Of a stretch of DNA of 20,000 nt, positions 1 through 10,553 are shown in pieces. Location of the stretch: the IMG/VR virus record IMGVR_UViG_3300027970_000018. One strand, given 5' to 3'. Origin of the DNA: an uncultured virus (IMG/VR IMGVR_UViG_3300027970_000018). Taxonomy: Duplodnaviria > Heunggongvirae > Uroviricota > Caudoviricetes. The notes under the pieces were generated by a model that saw only the letters and a list, made by a program, of their open reading frames with translations, made no database searches and was not told the origin of the DNA. The position numbers and the translations under genes were made by a program. The first letter of the stretch is position 1; each line of letters opens with the position of its first letter.

Positions 1-140
1 CTAAAGATAAAAATGATTTTTACATAAGATATCTGCGAACTGGGATTTTGATACAAAATAATATAAAAGAAATGCTTATAAACTTTTTAGGTGAAATTTC
101 CTCAGAATATGTAGTAGATGATATTAATACAAAACAATGA
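1..140 (+). CDS. 3' end of hypothetical protein (partial)
   Basis: Frame 3 is open from the window edge (KDKNDFYIRYLRTG...INTKQ) to TGA at 138-140, with an ATGA overlap into the next ORF. Confidence 0.55.
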   Translation, partial: KDKNDFYIRYLRTGILIQNNIKEMLINFLGEISSEYVVDDINTKQ

Positions 141-295
141 AAACCAAAGATTATGAAGTACTAAAGAAGTTAATAACTTCCCAAGAGTTACCTAATGACG
201 TAATATCAATTGCAAAGATAATCAAAGCAAAGAGTGTTAAGAAAGTCATTAAAATAGCAAACAAAGAATTAAAAAGTAAAAATAAAAACCAGTGA
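137..295 (+). CDS. small Lys-rich hypothetical protein (52 aa)
   Basis: Manually translated MKTKDYEVLKKLITSQELPND...NKNQ; start and stop overlap both neighbours, implying translational coupling. Confidence 0.55.
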   Translation: MKTKDYEVLKKLITSQELPNDVISIAKIIKAKSVKKVIKIANKELKSKNKNQ

Positions 296-1218
296 AAATG
301 AATACAGAAAGAGTAAACGAGCTTATAGAAAATTTCAGAGAGATTCGAGAAAATATAAAAAATAATCTTGAGGGTATTAAAAAAGAACTTGAGTTAGAAG
401 TTAATGAGTTTTTTAGCTTAGATATTACAAAAGAAATTATCGATAAGGCTAAAAACAGAAAAGATATATCACCACTTGTTAATTCATTGGCTGGTTGGGT
501 GAGGAGAGGAAAAAGAAATAAAAATGCCTTAGCAGATGAGTTTGTGTCCTCTTTGTTTGGAGACAAAGATATTCCGAAAGACCTACTAGATGACCTCAAA
601 GATTCTTATTTTAAGTATTTATCTAAAGTGGAAGATGACATATTTTTTCCGGATAAAAAAGAAGTTGAAATCCCATCTAAGACACAAACACTAAAACCCA
701 TTTCAAAAGGGGTGTGTTTTGATATGCACAGTTTTTGTAAGGAATACGAGACTCGGCAAAACAAAGAGGGAGATAAAAAAGAGTTTGAGTTCTATACAAC
801 CACAGGTACGGTAAAGACATTTATGGATGAATTAGGTCTACTTCCAATAGAAGGAAGTAAGTATAAAACAGCTTGTGAAAGCAAAAAAAGCCTTTTAGAA
901 TCTTTATTTGAAGAAAATATAATAAGATCACGTAGTTTTAGAAAAGAAAAGGTAGCTCTTATATCTGCAGTATTGGATACATGGAGAAATTATCATAAAA
1001 TGTATGTTGAGAATGTGGCCGAACCCTTTGAAGAAGCCTATGGTTTGTTACTAAACAAACACGGAAATCTGGAGGTTTTTAAACAAGAGGATATAGAAGT
1101 AGGCTATCCTTTTCCAACAAGGAGATTAGCAGAGATATTTTTAAGAAATAATAAAACCAACATACTATTATACACTAGAGAATTAACAGAATGGAAGAAG
1201 GAAAACAATTTGTCTTAA
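292..1218 (+). CDS. hypothetical protein (308 aa, N-terminal coiled coil)
   Basis: Long ORF in operon orientation with no recognised motif; the true start may be ATG 298. Confidence 0.8.
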   Translation: MKMNTERVNELIENFREIRENIKNNLEGIKKELELEVNEFFSLDITKEIIDKAKNRKDISPLVNSLAGWVRRGKRNKNALADEFVSSLFGDKDIPKDLLDDLKDSYFKYLSKVEDDIFFPDKKEVEIPSKTQTLKPISKGVCFDMHSFCKEYETRQNKEGDKKEFEFYTTTGTVKTFMDELGLLPIEGSKYKTACESKKSLLESLFEENIIRSRSFRKEKVALISAVLDTWRNYHKMYVENVAEPFEEAYGLLLNKHGNLEVFKQEDIEVGYPFPTRRLAEIFLRNNKTNILLYTRELTEWKKENNLS

Positions 1219-1484
1219 AATACAAGTCAGCAGTAGATACTGGTAGATTTGGTAAGGAGTTAAAACTTTCCCCTAAATTGAAAGTAGAAATATCAGAAGG
1301 TGGTATTAGTATAGAGACTATTGGTAAGACAGTGTCTATTACGTTGGATATTGATAACGAACCAATTTTTATCTGTATGTCCGAATCGGCATGGGAGAAA
1401 CACAATAACGGCTTCGATGTAAATTACCAAACAATTCAAAATCACATAAAAGAAATAAAAAATGGCAAAAGAAACAGAGGTTAA
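1191..1484 (+). CDS. hypothetical protein (97 aa)
   Basis: ORF overlaps both neighbours in the + operon. Confidence 0.7.
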   Translation: MEEGKQFVLKYKSAVDTGRFGKELKLSPKLKVEISEGGISIETIGKTVSITLDIDNEPIFICMSESAWEKHNNGFDVNYQTIQNHIKEIKNGKRNRG

Positions 1485-3321
1485 AAAAGATCCATTCTTA
1501 GCAGCTCTAGAGGAGGTAAATAAGAAGTATGGTGCAGAAGCAGTACAAGATGGCGATGCTATATTAGATATTGAGAGGCTAAAAACAGGATCACTTTCAC
1601 TTGACCTTGCTTTAGGTGGTGGTTGGGGGGTAGGTAAAATAGCAGAGCTTTATGGACCAGAATCTTGCTTGTCGGGTGATACTTTTATCCCCTACGCCTT
1701 GAGAAAAGAGTGTGGAAAACTTAGAAATAAAAAAGGTGGTACTTTAAAATTATTATTTGAGAAGTTTAATAAGTTGCCCCTAACAAAAAGACATGCTAGG
1801 TTTATAAATCCATTAGAAGGGGATTTTTACACAGTTCCTTGTATAAATGAAATGAATAGGATAGAACATATAAAAATAAAAGATGTTGTGTATAATGGAG
1901 TGAAACCTGTTTACAATGTACTGCTTGAAAATGGGATGCAGATAAAAGCTACGTTAGATCACAAGTTTTATGATGGAAGTAAATATACAATGTTAGGGAA
2001 CTTAGTTGCTGGAGATATTGTACACATACATAATAATACAACATTTAAAGTTGATGAGTATCAATATAAGTACTATAAAGAGGTTTTTGTAAAGTACCAT
2101 CCATCTTGGAAACAGAAAATTGTAAATGGTTGCACATATTATAGAAACCATGTATCGAGAGCTATATTTGAAGCAAACATGAATGGTTATGATTATAAGG
2201 ACTTTGTGAAATTACTTAACAGTGGTCCAAGCGAAGAGGCTTCAAAATTACTTACAATACCCGAAAAACATCATATACACCACATTGATGAGGACATCAC
2301 AAATAATTCACTAGAAAATTTATGTTTAATATCTTCTTCTGACCACGGTAAAATACACGCTAACGAAAGGCACAATAACCTGAGATTTATATCTGTCCCA
2401 AAACAAATAGTTTCTATTGATTACGTAGGGGAAGAAGAAGTTTTTGATATAAAATGCGAAGACCCTTACCACAATTATGTAGCAAATGGTTTTATTGTCC
2501 ATAATTGCGGTAAAACAACTTTGTGTATAAGCTCTGCAGTTGAAGCCCAAAAGGCATTTCCAGATAAAAAAGTATTGATTATAGATGCGGAACACGCACT
2601 TGACAGAAGATATTGCAAGAACTTGGGATTAGATATGAAAAATGTAGTGATTTCTCAACCAGATAATGGTGAGCAAGGGTTAGAGATTTTAGAGACATTT
2701 ATTTCATCTGGCAGAATTAGTATTGCAATTATAGACTCAATAGCTGCATTAACACCAAAGTCAGAGATTGAAGGTGAGATGGGTGATTCTCAAATGGGGA
2801 AACACGCAAGACTTATGTCTCAAGCTATGCGAAAATTAACTGGTATTGCAAATAAGACAAAAACAACTCTTTTGTTTACAAACCAATTACGTTCTAAGCT
2901 TGGTGTTATGTTTGGAAACCCAGAGACAACAACCGGTGGGAACGCAATGAAGTTTTACGCATCTACACGAGTTGATATGAGAAAAAAGCAAGGTGATAAA
3001 GTTGATGAAGTAGTTCAGAATATAGTTTCCTCTTGTAAAGTAGTTAAAAACAAGTTAGCACCACCTTTTCAAAAATGTGAATTTACGATTGAGTTTGGAG
3101 AAGGTATTGATAAGGCAAGTGAGATTCTTACACTTGGAGTTGCAACAAGACTTATAGAGAGAGGCGGATCATGGTTCTCTTACCAAGGAGTTAAGATTGG
3201 AAATGGCATCACAGCAACAAAAGATATCCTAAGAGACAACCCACAGTTAATGGAAGAAATTGAAGATATAATCAGAAAAAACATAAGCGTATATGACGAC
3301 ATCGAACAAATTGCCGAATAA
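1462..3321 (+). CDS. recA: RecA recombinase, intein-containing (339 aa after splicing)
   Basis: TGSLSLDLALGGG, ELYGPES//CGKTT (split Walker A), IDAEHALD, SQPDNGEQGLEI, IIDSIAALTPKSEIEGEMGDS, ARLMSQAMRKL, NQLR, FGNPETTTGGNAMKFYAS, KVVKNKLAPPF. Confidence 0.98.
   Translation: MAKETEVKKDPFLAALEEVNKKYGAEAVQDGDAILDIERLKTGSLSLDLALGGGWGVGKIAELYGPESCLSGDTFIPYALRKECGKLRNKKGGTLKLLFEKFNKLPLTKRHARFINPLEGDFYTVPCINEMNRIEHIKIKDVVYNGVKPVYNVLLENGMQIKATLDHKFYDGSKYTMLGNLVAGDIVHIHNNTTFKVDEYQYKYYKEVFVKYHPSWKQKIVNGCTYYRNHVSRAIFEANMNGYDYKDFVKLLNSGPSEEASKLLTIPEKHHIHHIDEDITNNSLENLCLISSSDHGKIHANERHNNLRFISVPKQIVSIDYVGEEEVFDIKCEDPYHNYVANGFIVHNCGKTTLCISSAVEAQKAFPDKKVLIIDAEHALDRRYCKNLGLDMKNVVISQPDNGEQGLEILETFISSGRISIAIIDSIAALTPKSEIEGEMGDSQMGKHARLMSQAMRKLTGIANKTKTTLLFTNQLRSKLGVMFGNPETTTGGNAMKFYASTRVDMRKKQGDKVDEVVQNIVSSCKVVKNKLAPPFQKCEFTIEFGEGIDKASEILTLGVATRLIERGGSWFSYQGVKIGNGITATKDILRDNPQLMEEIEDIIRKNISVYDDIEQIAE
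1666..2505 (+). mobile_element. intein (280 aa) with HNH homing endonuclease domain in the RecA P-loop
   Basis: Block A CLSGDT, block B IKATLDHKF (TxxH), block F VFDIKCEDPYHNYVANG, block G FIVHN followed by Cys+1. Internal HHIDEDITNNSLENL...HGKIH is an HNH motif. Confidence 0.95.
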
Positions 3322-3505
3322 CGACATCGAAGAGATGAGAAGAGTACTCCGAACAGTTAAAAGTGATTCGGAGTTGGCTACCAACAATGATGCTATTTAT
3401 CAGCAACAGCTTAAAGCAGAAGTTGATAAAAAGATAACTAAAGGCTGGAAACCGAGAAGAATAAAGAGATACATGCTCGAAAACTATGGAATCGAATTAA
3501 AATGA
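3293..3505 (+). CDS. hypothetical protein (70 aa)
   Basis: Overlaps the end of recA and is ATGA-coupled to the next ORF. Confidence 0.65.
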   Translation: MTTSNKLPNNDIEEMRRVLRTVKSDSELATNNDAIYQQQLKAEVDKKITKGWKPRRIKRYMLENYGIELK

Positions 3506-3789
3506 ATTTCCTTGTTGTTTGTATTAACGCTAAGAAGCGTCCAGCAGATTTTCCAGTTGATAAGTGGATTATGGAAGAAGAAATTTACACCGTAGTTGAA
3601 AGATTAGAAATGGTCCGCCAAAATATGGCGATAGGATATGTTTTGAAAGAGATTGATTTATCAAGCGTCAAAAACTACAAGGCATTCCACTCCAAACGTT
3701 TTCGACTTGCAACCAAGGTAGATTTAGAACTCCACAATTTGAGAGCAGAAATAATTGAAGAACAGAACCAAATACCAGAATTAGCATGA
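3502..3789 (+). CDS. hypothetical phage protein (95 aa)
   Basis: Coupled ORF (ATGA at both ends); VVCIN...YTV...Y.L.EI...F.S.RF pattern. Confidence 0.75.
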   Translation: MNFLVVCINAKKRPADFPVDKWIMEEEIYTVVERLEMVRQNMAIGYVLKEIDLSSVKNYKAFHSKRFRLATKVDLELHNLRAEIIEEQNQIPELA

Positions 3790-3935
3790 AACATTTTCAA
3801 GTACACGTTACGTACAAAATAGGTGGTCCGAGATCACAAACCCTACTTGGGTTCATTCAGAAGAATGAACCAACCGCTGATGAGATTGAGAAAGCAATTA
3901 AAGAGCAACAAGGTGTTGCTGAACTGACTTTTTAA
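3786..3935 (+). CDS. small hypothetical protein (49 aa)
   Basis: Manually translated MKHFQVHVTYKIGGPRSQ...AELTF; ATGA overlap with the upstream gene and fills the gap. Confidence 0.55.
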   Translation: MKHFQVHVTYKIGGPRSQTLLGFIQKNEPTADEIEKAIKEQQGVAELTF

Positions 3936-3962
3936 GTTACACAATTAAAGTTCTTTCTTAAA

Positions 3963-4289
3963 ATGACAAAAGAAGAAGTTACATCAAAATTCAAGTTAGT
4001 ATCAAACTCTAAACTATTCGGTTCAGAAGTAAAACCTGAGTACTATGTATTCGGATGCGCTTGTGGACACAGAGTAATTAGTTTGTTGAATATCTACGGA
4101 GCTATACCATTTTTTGTTGACTGCGAGAAGTGTGGAAATTTTATGAATCGCATTTACGATTTTGACGACAATCAAACACCATCCACGCATAAATGGTTTG
4201 TACCAACACTCGAAGAAGTTCTACAAACAAAAGATGAGAATCAAGTAGCTTTCTATTTAGACTTTGGACTAAAATTAAAACCACTATGA
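3963..4289 (+). CDS. putative zinc-ribbon protein (108 aa)
   Basis: CACGH...CEKCG pair of Cys motifs. Confidence 0.7.
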   Translation: MTKEEVTSKFKLVSNSKLFGSEVKPEYYVFGCACGHRVISLLNIYGAIPFFVDCEKCGNFMNRIYDFDDNQTPSTHKWFVPTLEEVLQTKDENQVAFYLDFGLKLKPL

Positions 4290-4783
4290 TAAAATATTTA
4301 ATTGGGATTGATCCAGGATTAACTGGAGGAATATCTGTGCTCGACTCAGAGACAAATGAAGTGACAACTTACGCAATTCCACGAGTTGGTAAAAACGATG
4401 TAAATGGACCAGAACTTTTGGAGATACTAAAAAAGTACTCGTCCGAAAAACACCTTGTAGCTATCGAAGACGTACACTCCATATTTGGTTCGTCTGCATC
4501 CTCTAACTTTACATTTGGAAGAGTACTAGGTACACTCGAAGGGTTGATAGTAGGTGCTGAATTATCTTGGATAAAAGTGCAACCAAAAGCTTGGCAAAAA
4601 GTCGCTTGGAATGGAATACCAGTCTTGTTCGATGCTAAAGGAAAGAAGAACACTAAAGGAATGTCTTTCCTTGCAATTACCAGGCTGTTCCCAAAACAAA
4701 AATTCCTCAAAACAAAAGATGGAATTATTGATGCAGCACTTATAGCGTTTTATTTAAAAATTACGTATGCTACAAACTATTAG
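4286..4783 (+). CDS. RuvC-like Holliday junction resolvase
   Basis: LIGIDPGLTGGI, VAIEDV, F.FG...G, V.P..WQK and DGIIDAALIA match phage RuvC/RNase H-fold catalytic motifs. Confidence 0.88.
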   Translation: MIKYLIGIDPGLTGGISVLDSETNEVTTYAIPRVGKNDVNGPELLEILKKYSSEKHLVAIEDVHSIFGSSASSNFTFGRVLGTLEGLIVGAELSWIKVQPKAWQKVAWNGIPVLFDAKGKKNTKGMSFLAITRLFPKQKFLKTKDGIIDAALIAFYLKITYATNY

Positions 4784-4907
4784 ATTGCTCCGCAAGCCAT
4801 TATTATTCACAATGTACCTACTAGCATTAATTGGTTTGAACCTCGGATACCCATTCAAAGTTCGCAGAGTAGCACAAGGAACAACTTTTATCGAGATAAT
4901 GGGGTAA
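4767..4907 (+). CDS. small putative membrane protein (46 aa)
   Basis: Manually translated MLQTIRLLRKPLLFTMYLLALIGLNLGYPFKVRR...; one hydrophobic stretch. Confidence 0.4.
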   Translation: MLQTIRLLRKPLLFTMYLLALIGLNLGYPFKVRRVAQGTTFIEIMG

Positions 4908-4944
4908 AAAATTAAAAATAATATCAATTTTTATAAAAAAGTTG

Positions 4945-4974
4945 TTGGTTATTTAAAATATAGTATTAGTTTTG
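4945..4974 (+). promoter_or_regulatory. Bacteroidota sigmaA-type promoter (-33/-7)
   Basis: TTG (4945-47), 19 nt, TAGTTTTG (4967-74), upstream of ATG 5002. Confidence 0.7.
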
Positions 4975-5001
4975 TTGAAAATTTTAATTAATAAATAAGT
5001 T

Positions 5002-5700
5002 ATGGGAGCAAATAATGCAAGCAGAGAGAACATGAGATTCTTTCGTATCGTGGCAAAAGCTGACAAAGCAGATCAAGCTGGAAGAAGAGCTATCTGTGAA
5101 GTTACAAAAGGTGCAGACGGAAAGTATGTCGCATCAGAGTGGTTTAACAACATTACAGGTTGGATTACCAAATTAGGACAAAAAGAGTTTGAATGGGAAG
5201 GGAAGAAAAGTAAAATCCTTGTTATTCAATTAACAGATTCAGACGGTATCTGTCAAATCGAGGCTTCATTATCTGGACCATTTTTTGCAATTATCAATAG
5301 TTTGATTGGTGCAGATTTAACAAGAGAAGTTGAAATCAGTGCTTGGATCAAAGACGAAAAGTATGTTAATGCATCTTTAAAATATGCAGATGGTGATAAG
5401 TGTGAGTGGGCTATCCCAGTAGAAGACCAACCAAAACCAGTTGAGTATAAAAAACCAAGTGGTGAAATGGATAAAGATTTCACAAACGTTAAAGAGTTTT
5501 GGTCTAACCAGTTTTTAGCTTTAGCATCAAAAGCTACAAAAAGTAATTTTACTGGCACAGTGGCATCAACCCCTCAAGCACCAATTATGGAAGTGGAAGC
5601 TCCAGTTAATGCACCAGCACAGGAAGCAAATACAACTCAGAAGGCAGCACCAGTTAAAGCACCGGCTGTAGAGGAGGTTGATGATTATTTACCCTTCTAA
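5002..5700 (+). CDS. putative single-stranded DNA-binding protein
   Basis: Beta-rich N-terminal domain, Pro/Ala-rich linker and acidic tail ending EEVDDYLPF (SSB C-terminal-like); next to recA and the resolvase. Confidence 0.6.
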   Translation: MGANNASRENMRFFRIVAKADKADQAGRRAICEVTKGADGKYVASEWFNNITGWITKLGQKEFEWEGKKSKILVIQLTDSDGICQIEASLSGPFFAIINSLIGADLTREVEISAWIKDEKYVNASLKYADGDKCEWAIPVEDQPKPVEYKKPSGEMDKDFTNVKEFWSNQFLALASKATKSNFTGTVASTPQAPIMEVEAPVNAPAQEANTTQKAAPVKAPAVEEVDDYLPF

Positions 5701-5718
5701 CTAAATAACAATTTTCAC

Positions 5719-6114
5719 ATGAATGTGATTGGAAAAAGTGAAGTATTTTGTTTCCCAAAATTAAAAATAAAAAGTGTTGTTGGAAAAATAGATACAGGTG
5801 CATTTGGTACATCTATTAGAGCAGGGGGCATAAAAGAGAAAAACAAAAAGCTTTATTTTTGGGTAGGTAATAGGACAAACACTTTTGTATACTCTGATTA
5901 CAAGATGGTGAAGGTTAAGAGTTCTTTTGGACACATTCAAAAAAGATACACAATAAAAATAGAAATTTCATTGGGAGATAGCAAGTATAACATTCATGTG
6001 ATGCTTTCTGATAGAAGTAAAATGCCTTTTAAATACTTAATTGGTAGAAACTTCCTTAAAAAGTCTGGGTATATTGTTGATGTATCAAAACAATTTTTAA
6101 TTTCAAATAAATAA
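5719..6114 (+). CDS. retropepsin-like aspartic protease (RimK-associated 'ATP-dependent Zn protease' family)
   Basis: KIDTGA catalytic motif, VKSSFG...RY, LSDRSKM.F..LIGRNFL, VDVS. Confidence 0.85.
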   Translation: MNVIGKSEVFCFPKLKIKSVVGKIDTGAFGTSIRAGGIKEKNKKLYFWVGNRTNTFVYSDYKMVKVKSSFGHIQKRYTIKIEISLGDSKYNIHVMLSDRSKMPFKYLIGRNFLKKSGYIVDVSKQFLISNK

Positions 6115-6117
6115 AAT

Positions 6118-6609
6118 ATGACAGGAAATTCGTGGTTTACCGTAAAAGTAAAATACACACAGCAAAAAGAGGATGGAACCTTTGCTCGTGTAACAGAGCC
6201 ATACTTATTAGCCGCAGTGTCATTCACGGATGCAGAAGCAAGAATATATGAGGAGTTAGGTTCAATAATACGTGGTGAGTTTATAGTGCTTTCAATTGCA
6301 CGTACAGATATCCACGACATCTTTGCTTATGATGATGCAGATGTTTGGTACAAAGGTGTTGTATCCTACGACAAAATGGACGATGAGGGAGGTAAGAAAA
6401 AGAAGATCAAAAACACATTCTTGATTGGTGCTGAATCAGTAAAAGAAGCGAATGATCGTCTTGTAGAAAGTCTATCTACTCTTATGATTGATTACACTAT
6501 TGATGGAGTTGTAGTAACACCTTTAGTAGATATCTTTCCTTTTGTAGATGTAGAGGATACGAACCAAATTACCCAGTCGGGTGATGGTGTTGATGAAGAA
6601 CAAGATTAA
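6118..6609 (+). CDS. DUF4494-like protein (Bacteroidota family)
   Basis: WF.VKVKY...VTEPYLLAAVSFTDAEARIYEE...WYK..V...D...GKKKK...L..A pattern; acidic tail. Confidence 0.8.
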   Translation: MTGNSWFTVKVKYTQQKEDGTFARVTEPYLLAAVSFTDAEARIYEELGSIIRGEFIVLSIARTDIHDIFAYDDADVWYKGVVSYDKMDDEGGKKKKIKNTFLIGAESVKEANDRLVESLSTLMIDYTIDGVVVTPLVDIFPFVDVEDTNQITQSGDGVDEEQD

Positions 6610-6618
6610 AAACCTATA

Positions 6619-6649
6619 AGTACTGTCGGTAAGCCGACAATACTTTCTT
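6619..6649 (+). terminator. hairpin / possible intrinsic terminator upstream of groES
   Basis: AGTACTGTCGG-TAAG-CCGACAATACT followed by TTCTT. Confidence 0.5.
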
Positions 6650-6660
6650 AACACATTAAA

Positions 6661-7245
6661 ATGAAAGTACTTAGAAGTAATATTTTAATAGAAGAGATCG
6701 GATTTGCACCAACAAAAGCGGATGTAAAAGGTTTATCAAGTACTTGGGGAATATCTGAAAAATTGAGGGGACATAATCCAATGAGAATTGGTGTTGTAAA
6801 ATCAATCGGTACAGATACAACCACGGTACAAGAAGGAGATGTAGTTTTATATCTATCTCTGTATTTGATGAATATACCTGGACTTCCAATAAATCAGTTT
6901 ATGATTTACGAAGGAAATTTGATGGGCAGATACGATGGAATCGAAAACAAAAACGGAACAATAAAAATGGAAAGAATTAAATTTAATCCTTTATCGGATA
7001 GAATTATCGTCAAAAAAGACGAACCTGCTAAACCTAAAAATGGTTTGGTAGTTACGGATACAACAACCAGCAACAAACCACTTACAGGGACAATTGTAAG
7101 AGTAAGTGATTTCCAAGTAGAAAGACCGCTTGTAGTAAAAGAAGGTGATAGAATTATGTTCACTAAAGTTGCAGGAATGGAAATCGAGTTGGAAGAAGGT
7201 AAGTTCATAATCATGCGTGAAGCAGATGTAATCGGAATTTTTTAA
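6661..7245 (+). CDS. groES: co-chaperonin with two tandem GroES/Cpn10 domains
   Basis: C-terminal domain: FNPLSDRIIVK...NGLVV...GTIVRV...VKEGDRIMF.KVAGMEIELEEGKFIIMREADVIG. Divergent N-terminal domain: MKVLRSNILIE...GVVKSIG...VQEGDVVLY...IYEGNLMG. Confidence 0.9.
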   Translation: MKVLRSNILIEEIGFAPTKADVKGLSSTWGISEKLRGHNPMRIGVVKSIGTDTTTVQEGDVVLYLSLYLMNIPGLPINQFMIYEGNLMGRYDGIENKNGTIKMERIKFNPLSDRIIVKKDEPAKPKNGLVVTDTTTSNKPLTGTIVRVSDFQVERPLVVKEGDRIMFTKVAGMEIELEEGKFIIMREADVIGIF

Positions 7246-8853
<1,608 letters not shown>

Positions 8854-8859
8854 TACGCT

Positions 8860-9078
8860 ATGAAAGATGAAAAGTTTCAACAATTGCAGTTAGAAAAACT
8901 GAGGAGTGGAGAAGCAGGTTGCTACGAAGATGCATCTATTTACACAGTGCTTTTAGATTTAGTAGAAGGTAACGGAGTAGACACTGTATATGAAATGTTA
9001 GTACAAGTTGCAGCAAATATTTCTGTACTACCTGAATTAAAAGATGAGATTTTAAAATCGCTCACTTTTAAAAAATAA
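8860..9078 (+). CDS. hypothetical protein (72 aa)
   Basis: ORF starts 6 nt after the groEL stop. Confidence 0.65.
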   Translation: MKDEKFQQLQLEKLRSGEAGCYEDASIYTVLLDLVEGNGVDTVYEMLVQVAANISVLPELKDEILKSLTFKK

Positions 9079-9200
9079 GTGAATTAATAGGCCTAAGTGG
9101 TGGTACTCTATAATGCTTACCAAGGAGAGAGAACTTCCGAACAAACACAGAGGTTGGAAATGAGCTAACCAACACACCACCACTTTTAAAATTAAAAAAT

Positions 9201-9557
9201 ATGACACATTACGTAATAGCAAAGAAAAGTGACTATACTTATCTAAAAGATTATAGACAAAAATTAGTTAACATTTATATCATAAAAGATGATAAGGAAG
9301 CACTTCCTGAAAGTTTTGTGGGGATATTTATAGATGTATCTGAATCTCACCCATTATTTGAGAAAATCGACTTTTTATTAGCACAAGTAGCTGACTTGTC
9401 TGAGAGAGATGACTATGAACCATTATATTCTCAAGTAAAACTAAGGTTTGATCTCCTAGTTAGTTGGATAACTCCAGGGAGTATAAAAGAAGAGCATGAC
9501 GAGGCAGAAGAGTCTTTTAAGTATTTTTCTAAAAACATACACGAATATTTGCCCTAA
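9201..9557 (+). CDS. hypothetical protein (118 aa)
   Basis: ORF with an A-rich upstream region. Confidence 0.7.
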   Translation: MTHYVIAKKSDYTYLKDYRQKLVNIYIIKDDKEALPESFVGIFIDVSESHPLFEKIDFLLAQVADLSERDDYEPLYSQVKLRFDLLVSWITPGSIKEEHDEAEESFKYFSKNIHEYLP

Positions 9558-9566
9558 AACAGTTAG

Positions 9567-9863
9567 ATGAAAGGAGATAAAACACTCAACAGTCTTCCAC
9601 CTTGGACAGATGATATGCACAAAATATTCTTGAAAGACTTAAAGGAGCTACAATCTGTTACAGTACTTCCAAAAGAAAGTTTTTCTTCTCAACCTGCTGT
9701 AATACCACTTGATTTCTTGCTCCGTGGAAAACAACTTCTAAAAGAAATACTTGATGAACAACAAGAAGTAATATCAAGTCCAATTCGATTCAATGGAGTG
9801 CATATCGAGAAGATAAAACAAATATTTGAAAAATATGGTATTGTATTAGAGCAAGAATTTTAA
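9567..9863 (+). CDS. hypothetical protein (98 aa)
   Basis: Tightly packed ORF. Confidence 0.7.
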   Translation: MKGDKTLNSLPPWTDDMHKIFLKDLKELQSVTVLPKESFSSQPAVIPLDFLLRGKQLLKEILDEQQEVISSPIRFNGVHIEKIKQIFEKYGIVLEQEF

Positions 9864-9865
9864 TT

Positions 9866-10387
9866 ATGGAACCGATAAGAAGTGACTTCAATTTAAGTGA
9901 CGAATCTGAGAAAAACTTAATCTCTCATATTAAGAGTTTGAAACCCCTGTATGTGAAAGGGGAAGATATAATATTCAAGACTTTGGACAGCATAACACTT
10001 GAGCCACAAGTGTGTAAAAACATTTACTACCTACTCCAAGAACAACATCTAATTGGTTGGATAAAACATAATGCAAACAGCGCTTTTGAGATTAAAGAAA
10101 TAGATAGGGGGTTTTTCAGTATAAAAAATAAAGAATATAGTACGGAGTATCGCATTGATGCAAATAGGATGACATTTACTAGAAGTGATTTAGAAGGTTA
10201 TATGTCGCAACAGCTTGGGGTATCTATTTTAAAATACTTAGCTTCTGAGCATTACTTGCTTCCATTACAAGACTTCTCGATACTAAACGGTAAGACTTCT
10301 GAAACTTTTATGTCAACAAGCACGATTGAAAGATATTTTACTAATATCAAACAAACTTTTGAAATTGGCAGATATAACCCACGATAA
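9866..10387 (+). CDS. hypothetical protein (173 aa)
   Basis: Last ORF of the + block. Confidence 0.75.
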   Translation: MEPIRSDFNLSDESEKNLISHIKSLKPLYVKGEDIIFKTLDSITLEPQVCKNIYYLLQEQHLIGWIKHNANSAFEIKEIDRGFFSIKNKEYSTEYRIDANRMTFTRSDLEGYMSQQLGVSILKYLASEHYLLPLQDFSILNGKTSETFMSTSTIERYFTNIKQTFEIGRYNPR

Positions 10388-10517
10388 TACCTTCTTTGTT
10401 TTTCACCGCTTCGTATTGGAAGAAATTGTATTTCTGTTCTGATGGAGCATCTTTGGCTACATTTCTTTTACATTTATCCTTGATAGGACAACTCTTATTA
10501 GTGCATTTTATGATCAT
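10347..10517 (-). CDS. small Cys-containing phage protein (56 aa)
   Basis: Manually translated MIIKCTNKSCPIKDKCKRNVAKDAPSEQKYNFF...YICQFQKFV; C-x4-CP-x4-C..C pattern; overlaps the + block convergently. Confidence 0.6.
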   Translation of the reverse strand: MIIKCTNKSCPIKDKCKRNVAKDAPSEQKYNFFQYEAVKNKEGIIVGYICQFQKFV

Positions 10518-10553
10518 TTTAGTAGTCTTAGGTGGATCAATATTAGGGTAAAA

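Noticed and set aside
6610..6660. CIRCE/HrcA heat-shock operator before groES
   Set aside because: The hairpin does not match TTAGCACTC-N9-GAGTGCTAA.
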